Shown in pieces: positions 17,981 through 27,893 of a DNA stretch of 64,000 bases. The stretch's first letter is position 1. Each line of letters begins with the position of its first letter. Where the stretch lies: positions 12,804 to 76,803 of the forward strand of contig CAZBEO010000002.1 of the NCBI GenBank assembly GCA_964490935.1, written 5' to 3'. The DNA comes from an uncultured Verrucomicrobiota bacterium (GTDB taxonomy: Bacteria; Verrucomicrobiota; Kiritimatiellia; RZYC01). Below the pieces are notes generated by a model that saw only the letters and a list, made by a program, of their open reading frames with translations, searched no databases and had not been told where the DNA came from. The translations under genes and the position numbers were made by a program.

Positions 17981-18703
17981 AAGGTGCTGCTTGTCGCGCA
18001 GTTTCTCGCGCTCGCGGTGCTGCTTGCGGAAGAGATAGAGCATACGGAAGAAACGCACGGTATCGAGCAGGGGGTTGATCTTGCTCTGGTGTGAATCGTA
18101 GATCGTTTTGATGCGCACGGCATCGATGCGTATGCCACGTTCGGCCACGCGCAGGAGGACTTCCGATTCAGCAGCAAAGCGCTGTGATTTGGAGGAAAGA
18201 AAGGGAATCACGTCGCAGCGGAAGAGTCGGTAACCGCATTGGGTGTCCGGCACGTATTGTCCCATGGTGCTGCTGAGCATCCAGCTCATTACGCGGTTGG
18301 TGAGTTTGCGCACCAGCGGCATTCCCTCCACATCCGCCATGCGGTTTCCAATCAACACCGGAATGCCGGTGCGCCTATACGCTTCGACGAATTTTGGAAT
18401 CTCTGCCGGGTCGTGCTGTCCATCCGCATCCAAGGCAATAAGAAATTCGGCCTTCTGATCGCGTGCGGCTTGATAGCCCACATTGAGTGCCGCGCCCTTG
18501 CCTCGGTTTTCGGGCAGTGAAATCACGGTAGCCCCGGCGTCGCGTGCAACCTGTGCGGTGGCATCTTTTGAGCCATCGTCCACCACTAGGATGCGCGAAC
18601 AGTATTTTTTCACCTCGCGCACCACGTTGCCAATGCGCGGCTCTTCCTGATATGCAGGAATCACTACACAAAAATCACATCCCGTCACCTGTTTCTTATT
18701 CAT
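17978..18703 (-). CDS. Glycosyltransferase family 2 (polyprenol-phosphate sugar synthase-like)
   Basis: VVIPAYQEE, VVDDGSKD, NRGKGAAL, LDADGQHDP, DTQCGYR. Confidence 0.92.
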   Translation of the reverse strand: MNKKQVTGCDFCVVIPAYQEEPRIGNVVREVKKYCSRILVVDDGSKDATAQVARDAGATVISLPENRGKGAALNVGYQAARDQKAEFLIALDADGQHDPAEIPKFVEAYRRTGIPVLIGNRMADVEGMPLVRKLTNRVMSWMLSSTMGQYVPDTQCGYRLFRCDVIPFLSSKSQRFAAESEVLLRVAERGIRIDAVRIKTIYDSHQSKINPLLDTVRFFRMLYLFRKQHREREKLRDKQHL

Positions 18704-19578
18704 ATGGACTCCGTTTGCCCGTTATGATTCCAGAAGTCGTGAAAAATAAACCATTGATGGGGATTCTCCCCGATCTCTTTCTCCAGCACACGCCCAAGCT
18801 CGCACCGCATCTCGTATTCGTCGCCGATTTCCAGCGGGTCCAGCGGCTTATGAGCTCGCATTAAAAACGTATCATCCACCTGACGCAACAGAAATCCGGG
18901 CAAAATCGGCGCGCCGGTTTTCATGGAAAGTGCGGCAGGGCCACGTGGTAAGCGGGCGGGCTTTCCGAAGAAAGGGATGCGGTCATCCCGGTTGGAAAAG
19001 TCGCGATCGGCAAGCAGGGTCACCATTTCTCCCTGGCGAAGTAGGCGCAGCATATCCTTGGCAGCATGGCCGTAGGGTTTGAGGCTGAATCCGCGTTGGC
19101 GGCGTATTTCGAGAAAGAAGCGGTTTCGTTCCTGCATTTCTTCGGGCATGAATACGGTGTGTACATGGTAGCCTTTGGCGGTGATCACCGCCCCGCCGAG
19201 TTCCCAGTTTCCGAAATGCGCGGTGGCCAGAATGGTGCCCCTTCCGTTGCCCCGGCATTCGTGCAGATAATCCATATGTTCAGCACTGAAGAGGCGGTCC
19301 ATATCGCGTGGTTTCAATCGGGTGTAGCGAATGAAATCAGCAATATACTTTCCGAAATGCTGAAAGGTCTTCCGTGCGACGCCTTCCAACACGTCACGAC
19401 TGGGCTCTATGCCTTTGGCGCGGTATATCTGACGCAGGTTGGAGACGACCGCGTGTCGATCCGGTCCATTGCGCGCATAGCGCCGATCCGCTGCCCGCAG
19501 GCCCATCCAGTAGGCAAACGGACGCGGAACGGCCCGAATGAATGCGGCACCGCAACGGTAGAGCAGGTAGGCGCTCAT
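18700..19578 (-). CDS. LpxL/HtrB/PatA family lipid acyltransferase
   Basis: ATAHFGNWE, LLADRD, FFGKPARLPRGPA, NPHQWFIF. Confidence 0.88.
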   Translation of the reverse strand: MSAYLLYRCGAAFIRAVPRPFAYWMGLRAADRRYARNGPDRHAVVSNLRQIYRAKGIEPSRDVLEGVARKTFQHFGKYIADFIRYTRLKPRDMDRLFSAEHMDYLHECRGNGRGTILATAHFGNWELGGAVITAKGYHVHTVFMPEEMQERNRFFLEIRRQRGFSLKPYGHAAKDMLRLLRQGEMVTLLADRDFSNRDDRIPFFGKPARLPRGPAALSMKTGAPILPGFLLRQVDDTFLMRAHKPLDPLEIGDEYEMRCELGRVLEKEIGENPHQWFIFHDFWNHNGQTESI

Positions 19579-20429
19579 CCTTCGGCCTGCATCATCAGTT
19601 CAGCCGCCCGATAGGAAGAACGAACCAACGGCGCAGAGGCCACCGCACGAATGCCTGCCTTCAGCGCCTCTTCGCGATACAAATCGAAAACGTCCGGCGA
19701 AACGTAACGGTGAACCGGATAGTGATGTCTCTCCGGGGCCAGATACTGCCCCACCGTGAGTATGCGGCAACCGACCGATGCTAGATCGTGGATCGCTTCA
19801 ATCACCTCGTCATCCGTTTCACCCAGTCCGACCATGAGTCCTGATTTTACCAACATAGTGCCGCGCTCCGCCATGCGATGCAGCACGTCCAGCGAACAGC
19901 GATACGACGCCTGTGGGCGGATTTCCTGCTGCAACCGACGAACGGTTTCAAGATTGTGATTGAACACATCCGGCCCCGCCTCGGCCACGGTGGAAAGCGA
20001 CGCCTCCAAACCATTGAAATCCGGCGTGAGCACTTCCACACCGATCAAACCGGGCACGGCCCGCAGAGCCCGAATGACCTCCGCGAAATGGTGTGCACCA
20101 CCATCGGGAAGATCGTCGCGCGTCACGCTGGTCACCACGGCATAGCGTAGGTTCATGATCGCCAACGCTTCGGCCACGCGTTGCGGTTCCCGCGCATCCA
20201 GTTTCTCCGGCATTCCGCTTCGTATGCCGCAGAAACGACAGTTTCTGGTGCAGGTGTCGCCTAAAATCATGAAGGTGGCTGTTCCGGCATTCCAGCAGGT
20301 GTGACGGTTGGGGCATTTCGCACTCTTGCAAACAGTGTGCAGTCCTTTTTCACGCAATACATGCGAAACCTCCGCAAAGTGTTGGTCTGTGCGAAGGTCC
20401 ATACGAATCCAGGGGGGTAATCTTTTCAT
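19575..20429 (-). CDS. lipA: Lipoyl synthase
   Basis: TVCKSAKCPNRHTCW, CTRNCRFC radical SAM motif, VTRDDLPDGGA, HNLETV, KSGLMVGLGE, VRSSYRA. Confidence 0.97.
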   Translation of the reverse strand: MKRLPPWIRMDLRTDQHFAEVSHVLREKGLHTVCKSAKCPNRHTCWNAGTATFMILGDTCTRNCRFCGIRSGMPEKLDAREPQRVAEALAIMNLRYAVVTSVTRDDLPDGGAHHFAEVIRALRAVPGLIGVEVLTPDFNGLEASLSTVAEAGPDVFNHNLETVRRLQQEIRPQASYRCSLDVLHRMAERGTMLVKSGLMVGLGETDDEVIEAIHDLASVGCRILTVGQYLAPERHHYPVHRYVSPDVFDLYREEALKAGIRAVASAPLVRSSYRAAELMMQAEG

Positions 20430-20582
20430 GCGAGAGGAATGTAGGCATCCGGGCCCGCATGTCAACATAATGATCTGGAAACAAAACCCCTTTTCAGCGA
20501 ATCGTTGGGCATTTGCCCGTCATATGGAAAATATCTTCTTCAACTACAAAGCACAGGCATCCGGCGGATCGCAGAAGAATCA

Positions 20583-21137
20583 TCAGGGTTTAGCTTCTTC
20601 GAGAACAACATAGATCTCTCCGTTGGATCCATGTTCAAAGTAGAGCTTGCCATTTTTTTGCTTCACATATTTGTAGGTGCCCGAAATCTGACCCTTCAAG
20701 TCCAGCAGCAGCAAATTAGCTCCACGCTGCTCCCAACTGGTTTCATTGGGATTATTGGCACCGATAATCAGCCCGTCGGGTCGGAAATACAGCACCTTGA
20801 GCCATTTTTTATCCGGGGGATAAAACAGAAATGATCTTCCCACAACGGACTCGTTTTTCGCGTCATCCTTTTTTTCTACAACCGGACCCTCCCGGTCGAT
20901 ATGGCCTTTAACCGTTGCGACCTCTTGATCGACCGCCTCGGCACCGATATGGTCGTTTTTCTGAACGCATCGCCGCTTGATCAACATGAGATTGTTGACG
21001 TAACGCTCGGTAGCTGGCGTGATCTCACGATTATACTGCATACGCGCCATCTGAACCTCGCGAGGCTCCTCGCCCCATGCATAGCTCTGTGTGAGAAGCA
21101 GTATGACAACCAGCATTAGTTCCGATATTCTCTGCAT
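20583..21137 (-). CDS. Hypothetical exported protein
   Basis: Signal-peptide-like N-terminus, helical segment then beta-rich C-terminus; no recognised motif. Confidence 0.6.
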   Translation of the reverse strand: MQRISELMLVVILLLTQSYAWGEEPREVQMARMQYNREITPATERYVNNLMLIKRRCVQKNDHIGAEAVDQEVATVKGHIDREGPVVEKKDDAKNESVVGRSFLFYPPDKKWLKVLYFRPDGLIIGANNPNETSWEQRGANLLLLDLKGQISGTYKYVKQKNGKLYFEHGSNGEIYVVLEEAKP

Positions 21138-21471
21138 GTCTTCATCTCCTTGGGGTTTTCATAACTAGCTCCGCACCACCACAGCCCTTTGAATAAATCG
21201 TTGTCTATTCAACTCCCGACACCGGGCGATGTCAAGTTTGTCGTGCCCCAATTTCCAGGTCGGTTTTTGCGGGAACGGTTCACTATGCTCCTGAACGATG
21301 TCCAGCAGAAGTACTCAAAACCAGCTCTGTTTCCAGATTGACCACCCGGTGGGATGCGTCCCCTTTTCCCATTGCAACAAACATTACGTTCCAAATGAAG
21401 TTGCATCTCACCCGCCCGCCAAAGGAAGATGGGGGCGATCAAAAAACCGTGCACGAAGAAAGGAGCGCGCT

Positions 21472-24363
21472 ATGAGAACTGACCGAACCGAAAGGCGACC
21501 GTTCACCATATATGCCGAACGCTTCATTCTCCCGTGCCTACTGTTATTGAATATTCTTACCATGGAGGGCACCGGGATGAATAACGAGACAAGCATCCAT
21601 CAAGGTCAGGCCAACACAAACGCGATCCGACTAATGAATCCGCAGACCGTACCCGCAGGATGGACCACCCACGTCGGCCAGGGTGCCGTTCTGACGCTTT
21701 CATCCGGCGATGAGCCCGGCGCAGAGCCGTTGTTTCGCCTGAATTACAACACCGGCAAAACACACTCTTTCGCACTCGCCGCACACGAAATGCATCTGAC
21801 ACTGCCCGAGCGATTCGAACTGCGCGTACGCCTTCGATTTAGCGAGCCGCAAAATCATGTCGAATTTAAACTGATTGATCAGCGCGGTAACACGTTTATG
21901 AAAAAATGGTATCGCTTCGGTTCGGTTGGACTTTGGCAGGACCTGGTGATTGACCAAACCGAACTCATACGCGTGTGGGGACCCGATGCCGACGCCAACC
22001 TGAAAGAACTGAAAACCCTTGAATTCGGCGTGTCCGGCGCTGGTTATGTCGGCGAAATGCTTCTTTCCAACATGGAGATTGTTCCTCTGCCGCCCGATAC
22101 ACCGGTGCGCAAAACAAACAGTCCGGATCGTGGGTACACACCGCGCTGGCTGTTTGACCAGCAGGCCTACTGGACACTCGTCGGCATCGAACACGACGAC
22201 CAAGCGGCCCTCCTCTGCGAAGACGGCTCCATCGAACCACTAAAACGGGGGCCGTCCGTGCTGCCCGTCGTATCGCTTCATGATGCGCTCATCACGCGCA
22301 ATAACGTAACCATTCGCCAAGAACTGCTGGACGGGTCCCTGCCGCTTCCATCCGTCATCTGGGAGCATGAGTTGTTCTCTTTGCGGGTCAATCTGTTTGC
22401 TGAGGGCGAACCGGGCAACGCCTCCGCCTTTGCTCAATACACGCTGACCAACAAAAGCAGCCAACCCCTAGTTGGAAAACTGCTGCTGCTTGTTGAACCC
22501 TATCAGATCTATCCACCTTGGCAGGGCGGCGGCGGATTCTCCCCGATACGCAGCATGGCCTTTTCCAACAACACCCTCACCGTGAATGGAACCAACCTGC
22601 TGATCTGCACGCCGCCGCCGGACTCCATCTGCTTCAACAACGAAAACGGTGACATCGGCGGCATAGTCCGTGCCGCCGCCAATGCAAATCAAAACACATT
22701 GCAGGCATTCGAAGAGCCCGACGGATTCGCAGCCGGAGCGCTTCTCTTTAACTTCGTTCTGGAACCCGGCGCTTCCACCCACACGTATATGACCTTCCCA
22801 CTTCATCATGCCGCAACGCCCGAGCTGCTCAATCCCGACTCGCCAGCGGAGGACTATGCGCGCCGACGGAGCCAAGTAGCCGACCAATGGCGCAAAGAAG
22901 TCCACCGCGTGGGATTGGTCGTCCCTGAACCCGGACTTTCCGAAGCCTTTTTCGCGGGCATTGCCTACAACCTGATCACACAGAATGGACCCGCACTGCA
23001 ACCCGGCTCCCGCTCATATGACAAGTCATGGATGCGCGACGGGTCCATAGCCGCCATCGCCCTTCTCGAAGCAGGTCATACCCAAGCCGCGCGCGACTTC
23101 ATCGAATGGTACGCCCCCTACCAACTCGAGAGCGGCGAAATACCGCCCATCATCGATACCAAAGCCGAGGACCCGCTCTGGGAAGAAAAGGAAAAGGGAC
23201 TGGTTGAATACGACAGCCAGGGCGAATTTATCTGGCTCGTTATACAGTATTACCGCTTCACAAAAGACCGCTCTTTCCTGCAGACCATGTTTCCCCATGT
23301 CCTGAAGGCTCTTCATTTTCTGGAAACACTCCGTGCCCAGCGTCTGACCGAAGAATACCGCGATGAAACCTCCGAAAAACACCTCTATTACGGACTGCTT
23401 CCCGAATCGACCAGCCACGAAGGATATGACTTGAAGCACTCGTTCTGGGATGACTTCTGGGGCATCAAGGGCTGGGAAGACGGCATGGAAATGGCCGCCA
23501 TCCTCAACCGGGATGATCTGCTGGACTGGATGAAGCGCGAGCGGGATGACTTTAAAACCTGCGTGCTGGGCTCCATCCAGCGTATCGGAGAGAAACGCCA
23601 CATCGACTATATGCCCGGATGCGTGGAATTGGCCGATCTCGACCCCACCTCAACGGCGGCCGCCGTCATCTACTGCGACCTCCTGCACGACCTTCCATCC
23701 GACAAACTGAACGTCACCTACGACCGCCTCTTCGACGATATTTCCAACCGGCTCAAGCCCGGCGCCACCTATCGTTTCACACCTTATGAAATGCGTAACA
23801 TCGGCGCACTGCTTCGGATGGGCCGCAAGAGTGAAGCCCTGACGCTCCTGCGTTTTCAACTGAAACATATGCGGCCCTCCGCTTGGAGACACTTCGCGGA
23901 AGTCGCCCACAGCGATGAACGCTACCCGTGCTATATCGGCGACATGCCGCATACCTGGGTCTGCGCCGAATATATGCACGGCGTGCGCAATCTGTTCCTT
24001 TACGAGGAAAACGAAAAGCTGATCCTAGGCGCAGGAATCGATTCTGCCTGGCTGGCTGATGGAGAACCCGTTAAGTTTGAGAAATTCCCCACCTGGTACG
24101 GAACCCTCTCCGGGAAATGGCAAATGACGCCGGACGGCGTTCTGCACGTACGCTTCGATGGAGATGCCAAACCTCCGAAAGGATTCGTCCTTGTGCGCCC
24201 CGAGTTTCCGCCAGGCGGCACGCTGACCATCAACGGCGAAACACTGGAAAACAACACTTCAGAGCGGATAACCTTCGACACACTCCCCGTCGAAATCATC
24301 CTGACACCAGCAATCCGTCGGCTTTTAGATGCAGACCTACCCGATAGATGCTGTCCGCGATGA
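21472..24363 (+). CDS. Six-hairpin glycosidase-like protein with an N-terminal carbohydrate-binding-like domain
   Basis: RBS AAGGAG before ATG 21472; QPGSRSYDKSWMRDG, EYDSQGEF, GLLPESTSHEGY, HSFWDDFW, GDMPHTW motifs typical of (alpha/alpha)6 GH15/63-like enzymes. Confidence 0.7.
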   Translation: MRTDRTERRPFTIYAERFILPCLLLLNILTMEGTGMNNETSIHQGQANTNAIRLMNPQTVPAGWTTHVGQGAVLTLSSGDEPGAEPLFRLNYNTGKTHSFALAAHEMHLTLPERFELRVRLRFSEPQNHVEFKLIDQRGNTFMKKWYRFGSVGLWQDLVIDQTELIRVWGPDADANLKELKTLEFGVSGAGYVGEMLLSNMEIVPLPPDTPVRKTNSPDRGYTPRWLFDQQAYWTLVGIEHDDQAALLCEDGSIEPLKRGPSVLPVVSLHDALITRNNVTIRQELLDGSLPLPSVIWEHELFSLRVNLFAEGEPGNASAFAQYTLTNKSSQPLVGKLLLLVEPYQIYPPWQGGGGFSPIRSMAFSNNTLTVNGTNLLICTPPPDSICFNNENGDIGGIVRAAANANQNTLQAFEEPDGFAAGALLFNFVLEPGASTHTYMTFPLHHAATPELLNPDSPAEDYARRRSQVADQWRKEVHRVGLVVPEPGLSEAFFAGIAYNLITQNGPALQPGSRSYDKSWMRDGSIAAIALLEAGHTQAARDFIEWYAPYQLESGEIPPIIDTKAEDPLWEEKEKGLVEYDSQGEFIWLVIQYYRFTKDRSFLQTMFPHVLKALHFLETLRAQRLTEEYRDETSEKHLYYGLLPESTSHEGYDLKHSFWDDFWGIKGWEDGMEMAAILNRDDLLDWMKRERDDFKTCVLGSIQRIGEKRHIDYMPGCVELADLDPTSTAAAVIYCDLLHDLPSDKLNVTYDRLFDDISNRLKPGATYRFTPYEMRNIGALLRMGRKSEALTLLRFQLKHMRPSAWRHFAEVAHSDERYPCYIGDMPHTWVCAEYMHGVRNLFLYEENEKLILGAGIDSAWLADGEPVKFEKFPTWYGTLSGKWQMTPDGVLHVRFDGDAKPPKGFVLVRPEFPPGGTLTINGETLENNTSERITFDTLPVEIILTPAIRRLLDADLPDRCCPR

Positions 24364-24466
24364 CGGGTATGACCTACTCCTGGCCGACAGGACGGATTGC
24401 TTTATGCAAACTACGTTTGCTGTAAGCCATGCATCCATTCGATAGTCCGGAAATGGATTGCAAAAA

Positions 24467-25615
24467 CTACGGTCTATCTGCTGTCAATTCCCTCAACACA
24501 AGCTCAGCGGCCTGCGAGGAGTGTCCTGAAACGCTTAGCGCATCGCACACCTCATTCAAACCGTTCAGCATAGCCGCACGTTCAGGCGAATCATCGAGGA
24601 GCGGGATCATCTGAGCGGCCATGGCTTCGGGTTGTGCCTGATGTTGGATAAATTCAGGGCACACCAATCGTCCGGCGACCACGTTGACCATGCCGATGTG
24701 TTTCACGCCGCGAACCAGCCACCGCGCCATCAGATAGGTCGGCCAGGCGGTTTTATACACCACAATCATCGGGCAGTGCTGCAGCGTCGCCTCAATCGTA
24801 GCCGTGCCGGAGGCCACCATTGCGGCGCGGGCCTGGCGCAATACCTGGCGAGTCTGATCCACCACAATGGCGACCTGCGCTGGTCGAACGGTCTGACGCG
24901 CCATCACCTGTTCCGCCACGTCCCTAATTTCTTCCGAGGGGGCAGCCAAAATAAAGCACACATCTGGATTTTGCTTCTCCAAAAGCACCGCCGCTTCGAG
25001 CAGGCACGGCAGGATACGGCTCACTTCATGGCGACGGCTCCCCGGAAGCAACGCCACCCGCCGCCCACTCGTCCAGGGAAGCTCCAGAAGGGGTTCCCTC
25101 CGTGCTTTTTCCGCCTCTACCACCAACGGATGCCCCACAAAGTCAACTGCGAGCCCTGTGCCAGAAAACACGTCCACCTCGAACGGAAAAATCACCATCA
25201 GACGGTCCAAAATGGCCGCCAGTTTCGGGATGCGCGAACGATGCCATGCCCATACCTGAGGCGAAATGTAATACAACGTTTTGATCCCGCGCCGATGCAG
25301 TTGCTCCGCCAGGCGCACATTGAAGCCGGGATAATCCACCAACAACACCGCGTCCGGCTTTTTCTCCTCCGCCAACCGAATCATTTCATAAAATACACGT
25401 CGGAAAAAAAAGTAGCGGCGCAACACTTCGGACAGCCCCATGACCGCCATCTCGCGCACGTCGTAATAGGTCTGCATCCCGCAGGCACGCAGACGCGGCC
25501 CGCCAATCCCCCAGCACTCCACCTCCGGGGCCTGCTCCTTCAAAGCCGACACCAAGCGCGCGGCCAGCATATCGCCGGAAACTTCTCCGGCCACAATCAT
25601 TAGACTCTTCTTCAT
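24467..25615 (-). CDS. lpxB: Lipid A disaccharide synthase
   Basis: AGEVSGD, GIGG, DYPGFN, YYISPQVWAW, FPFE, FVGHPL, LPGSR, ASGTATIE. Confidence 0.96.
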   Translation of the reverse strand: MKKSLMIVAGEVSGDMLAARLVSALKEQAPEVECWGIGGPRLRACGMQTYYDVREMAVMGLSEVLRRYFFFRRVFYEMIRLAEEKKPDAVLLVDYPGFNVRLAEQLHRRGIKTLYYISPQVWAWHRSRIPKLAAILDRLMVIFPFEVDVFSGTGLAVDFVGHPLVVEAEKARREPLLELPWTSGRRVALLPGSRRHEVSRILPCLLEAAVLLEKQNPDVCFILAAPSEEIRDVAEQVMARQTVRPAQVAIVVDQTRQVLRQARAAMVASGTATIEATLQHCPMIVVYKTAWPTYLMARWLVRGVKHIGMVNVVAGRLVCPEFIQHQAQPEAMAAQMIPLLDDSPERAAMLNGLNEVCDALSVSGHSSQAAELVLRELTADRP

Positions 25616-26565
25616 GAACCGCCCTGCTGAATCACCCCGATGACGGCCACCGCCAGTTTCAGCGCTTCGGCGGCATGTTCACCGGACACCACCGGTTCAT
25701 CATGATGGCTCACTGCGTCCACAAAGGCACCCAATTCCAGCGCCAGCGGCTCGCCTTTTTCAATCGGCACCTCACACGGAACGATGCCCTCCGCCGTTTT
25801 GCGATACATCTCGCCCGCCTGATTTTGATAATCGAGCGAGACGTAGGCGTCTTCGTAGAAAAGGCGTATCTTGCGCATGCGCTCCGGGCTGATCCGGCTG
25901 GCCGTGATATTCGCCACGCAACCGTTGACAAACGCCAAGCGCACGTTGGCGATGTCCTCGGTGGAACTCAACACCGGCACTCCCACCGCGCGTATCTCTT
26001 TCACCGGCGAATGCACCAAATGCAGAATTGCCTCGAGATCGTGGATCATCAGGTCCAGCACCACGCTCACCTCGGTGCCACGAGGCGCTCGCCCCTCGCG
26101 TGGCGGCGGATACGATGCCAAGCGGTGCGCCTCAATGAATTTGGGCACGCCGGTCTGTTCCTCCAGAAACTGCATGACCGGATTAAACCGCTCCACATGC
26201 CCCACCTGCAGAATGCAATCCTCTTTCTGGGCAAGCGCCACCAGCTCCTCCGCCTCCTGCGTGGTGGCAGCAATCGGTTTTTCCACCAGCAGATGAATGC
26301 CACGCTCCAGCAGGTAGCCCGCGACTTCCCGATGCAGGTCCGTCGGCACCACCACACTGGCCGCTTCCACGGCCTTGGAAAATTCTTCCAATGATTGGAA
26401 AACCTTCAGCCCATGCCGATCGGCCACCACCTGCGCGGCAGCGGCATCCACGTCGTACACGCCAACCATTTCCGCCTGATCAAGCTCGGTGTAAATTCGT
26501 GCGTGATGCTGCCCAAGCGCGCCAACCCCGGCCACGCCTACTTTAATCTTTCGGTTGATCGTCAT
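25612..26565 (-). CDS. Gfo/Idh/MocA oxidoreductase (GnnA-like by position)
   Basis: GVGALGQHHAR, VEKPIA, QVGHVERFNP, DLMIHD, TASRIS; lies between lpxI and lpxB. Confidence 0.88.
   Translation of the reverse strand: MTINRKIKVGVAGVGALGQHHARIYTELDQAEMVGVYDVDAAAAQVVADRHGLKVFQSLEEFSKAVEAASVVVPTDLHREVAGYLLERGIHLLVEKPIAATTQEAEELVALAQKEDCILQVGHVERFNPVMQFLEEQTGVPKFIEAHRLASYPPPREGRAPRGTEVSVVLDLMIHDLEAILHLVHSPVKEIRAVGVPVLSSTEDIANVRLAFVNGCVANITASRISPERMRKIRLFYEDAYVSLDYQNQAGEMYRKTAEGIVPCEVPIEKGEPLALELGAFVDAVSHHDEPVVSGEHAAEALKLAVAVIGVIQQGGS
26386..26400. repeat. 15-bp palindrome TTCCAATGATTGGAA inside a CDS
   Basis: Exact match to the intergenic copies at 61477 and 61549; encodes FQSLE. Confidence 0.85.
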
Positions 26566-27406
26566 GACGGTTCACTTCCTCCTTGTTGAAAATTCGTATG
26601 GCGAGGTTTTGTCGGTCGGCCTGTTGAACCACGCGCTCTGTTTCGAGCACGATGGAACGTCCGGCCTCGAGTGCCAGCGCCGTGGCACCCGCCCGTTTCA
26701 GTATCTTCAGGGTCTTCATCCCGACCACCGGGATATCAAAGCGCATATCATGCCCAGGCTTGGCCAGCTTCACCACCACCAAGCCGCGCCCACCGAGCCG
26801 TCCGGCGCGCAGGATGGCTTTATCGGTTCCTTCAAGGGCTTCCACCGCCAGAACCACCCCGTTTTTCACCACCACGGTCTGACCTACTTCGTGATGACTT
26901 GACCAGCGTGCAATTTGCAGTCCAAGCGCAATATCTTTTTCTTCGGAAGAGGTCGGCCCACGTACCGTCAACACGCCGGGAGCGGGCATCGCGCTTTGCA
27001 TGTAAAGCCCTGCCGGCATGAGTTCCGCACCCACACCGCGCAGCTCTTCCGCCACCGCGCCAAAGATCGTGTGCGCATTCCATGCGGGCAGTGAGCGCAA
27101 AATGCCGAGCATTTTTTTATCCAGTCTGGCGTGAAACAGATTGCGCGGCGCTATCTGGCCTGCCATCACCACCTGCGAAAGGCCGTTCGCCTTCACTAGA
27201 TTCAATAGTTTCTCTAACTGCCCGACACGCAACCAGTGAGTGGCATCGGCATACGCCTCGATCGCCCGCGATGTTTCGCCCTTGAACGCAATCACCTCGA
27301 CCCGCTCGATCCCCTGCACACGGGCCGACTGCGCCAGAATGATTGGATACATTCCGCGCCCCGCTATGAGGCCAAGCCGCTCGTGGTTTGTTTTTGTTTC
27401 ATTCAT
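26543..27406 (-). CDS. lpxI: UDP-2,3-diacylglucosamine diphosphatase LpxI (DUF1009)
   Basis: GLIAGRG, VMAGQI, VGQTVVV, AVEALEGTDKAILR, DMRFDIPVVG, EAGRS. Confidence 0.94.
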   Translation of the reverse strand: MNETKTNHERLGLIAGRGMYPIILAQSARVQGIERVEVIAFKGETSRAIEAYADATHWLRVGQLEKLLNLVKANGLSQVVMAGQIAPRNLFHARLDKKMLGILRSLPAWNAHTIFGAVAEELRGVGAELMPAGLYMQSAMPAPGVLTVRGPTSSEEKDIALGLQIARWSSHHEVGQTVVVKNGVVLAVEALEGTDKAILRAGRLGGRGLVVVKLAKPGHDMRFDIPVVGMKTLKILKRAGATALALEAGRSIVLETERVVQQADRQNLAIRIFNKEEVNRHDDQPKD

Positions 27407-27893
27407 GGCTGGTCAATATCACCTGTTTCACGGCCAAGCTGAGGACGCGCGGATCGGCATCGGGCGAGTCCTTGTAACCTGCGCGGAGAATGATTGCATT
27501 GGTTCCTTGGCGAAATAATTTTTTCGGCAGTCTGGTCTCGAACCATTGGAAGCGCCCAAGATTTTCCAGTTCCCATTCCCGTACAAACTGATTGTTCACA
27601 TAGACGCCGAAGCCCTGTCTGCGCGCATGGACCACCAGCGGCATGACCTCCACCGCCAGTTGATAATCCATCGGCTCGGTGATTGGGATACTCATCTCCC
27701 CTTCCCGCTTTTCAATCCAGCGAAAGGTCGAGCCGTCACTCAGGCGTTCCGGATAACTCCAACCATAGCCCAGCTTTCCCGCGTCTGCTTCGTCGCCGGG
27801 ACGAACCGAGAGTATTTCCGCGCTCACTCCGGGCATGATCCAGGCGGCGCAGGCCATCAGCAGTCCAACCGTTAAGCATCTTCGTATATTCAT
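27399..27893 (-). CDS. Exported beta-sandwich hypothetical protein
   Basis: Signal peptide; GWSYPE, FRW, DPRVLSLAV pattern; ATGA overlap with the upstream gene. Confidence 0.65.
   Translation of the reverse strand: MNIRRCLTVGLLMACAAWIMPGVSAEILSVRPGDEADAGKLGYGWSYPERLSDGSTFRWIEKREGEMSIPITEPMDYQLAVEVMPLVVHARRQGFGVYVNNQFVREWELENLGRFQWFETRLPKKLFRQGTNAIILRAGYKDSPDADPRVLSLAVKQVILTSHE

Noticed and set aside
26365-26380. Further copy of the 15-bp palindrome (TTCCACGGCCTTGGAA); similar partial matches near 17739 and 27535
   Set aside because: Wrong spacing or several mismatches; cannot be separated from chance by eye.
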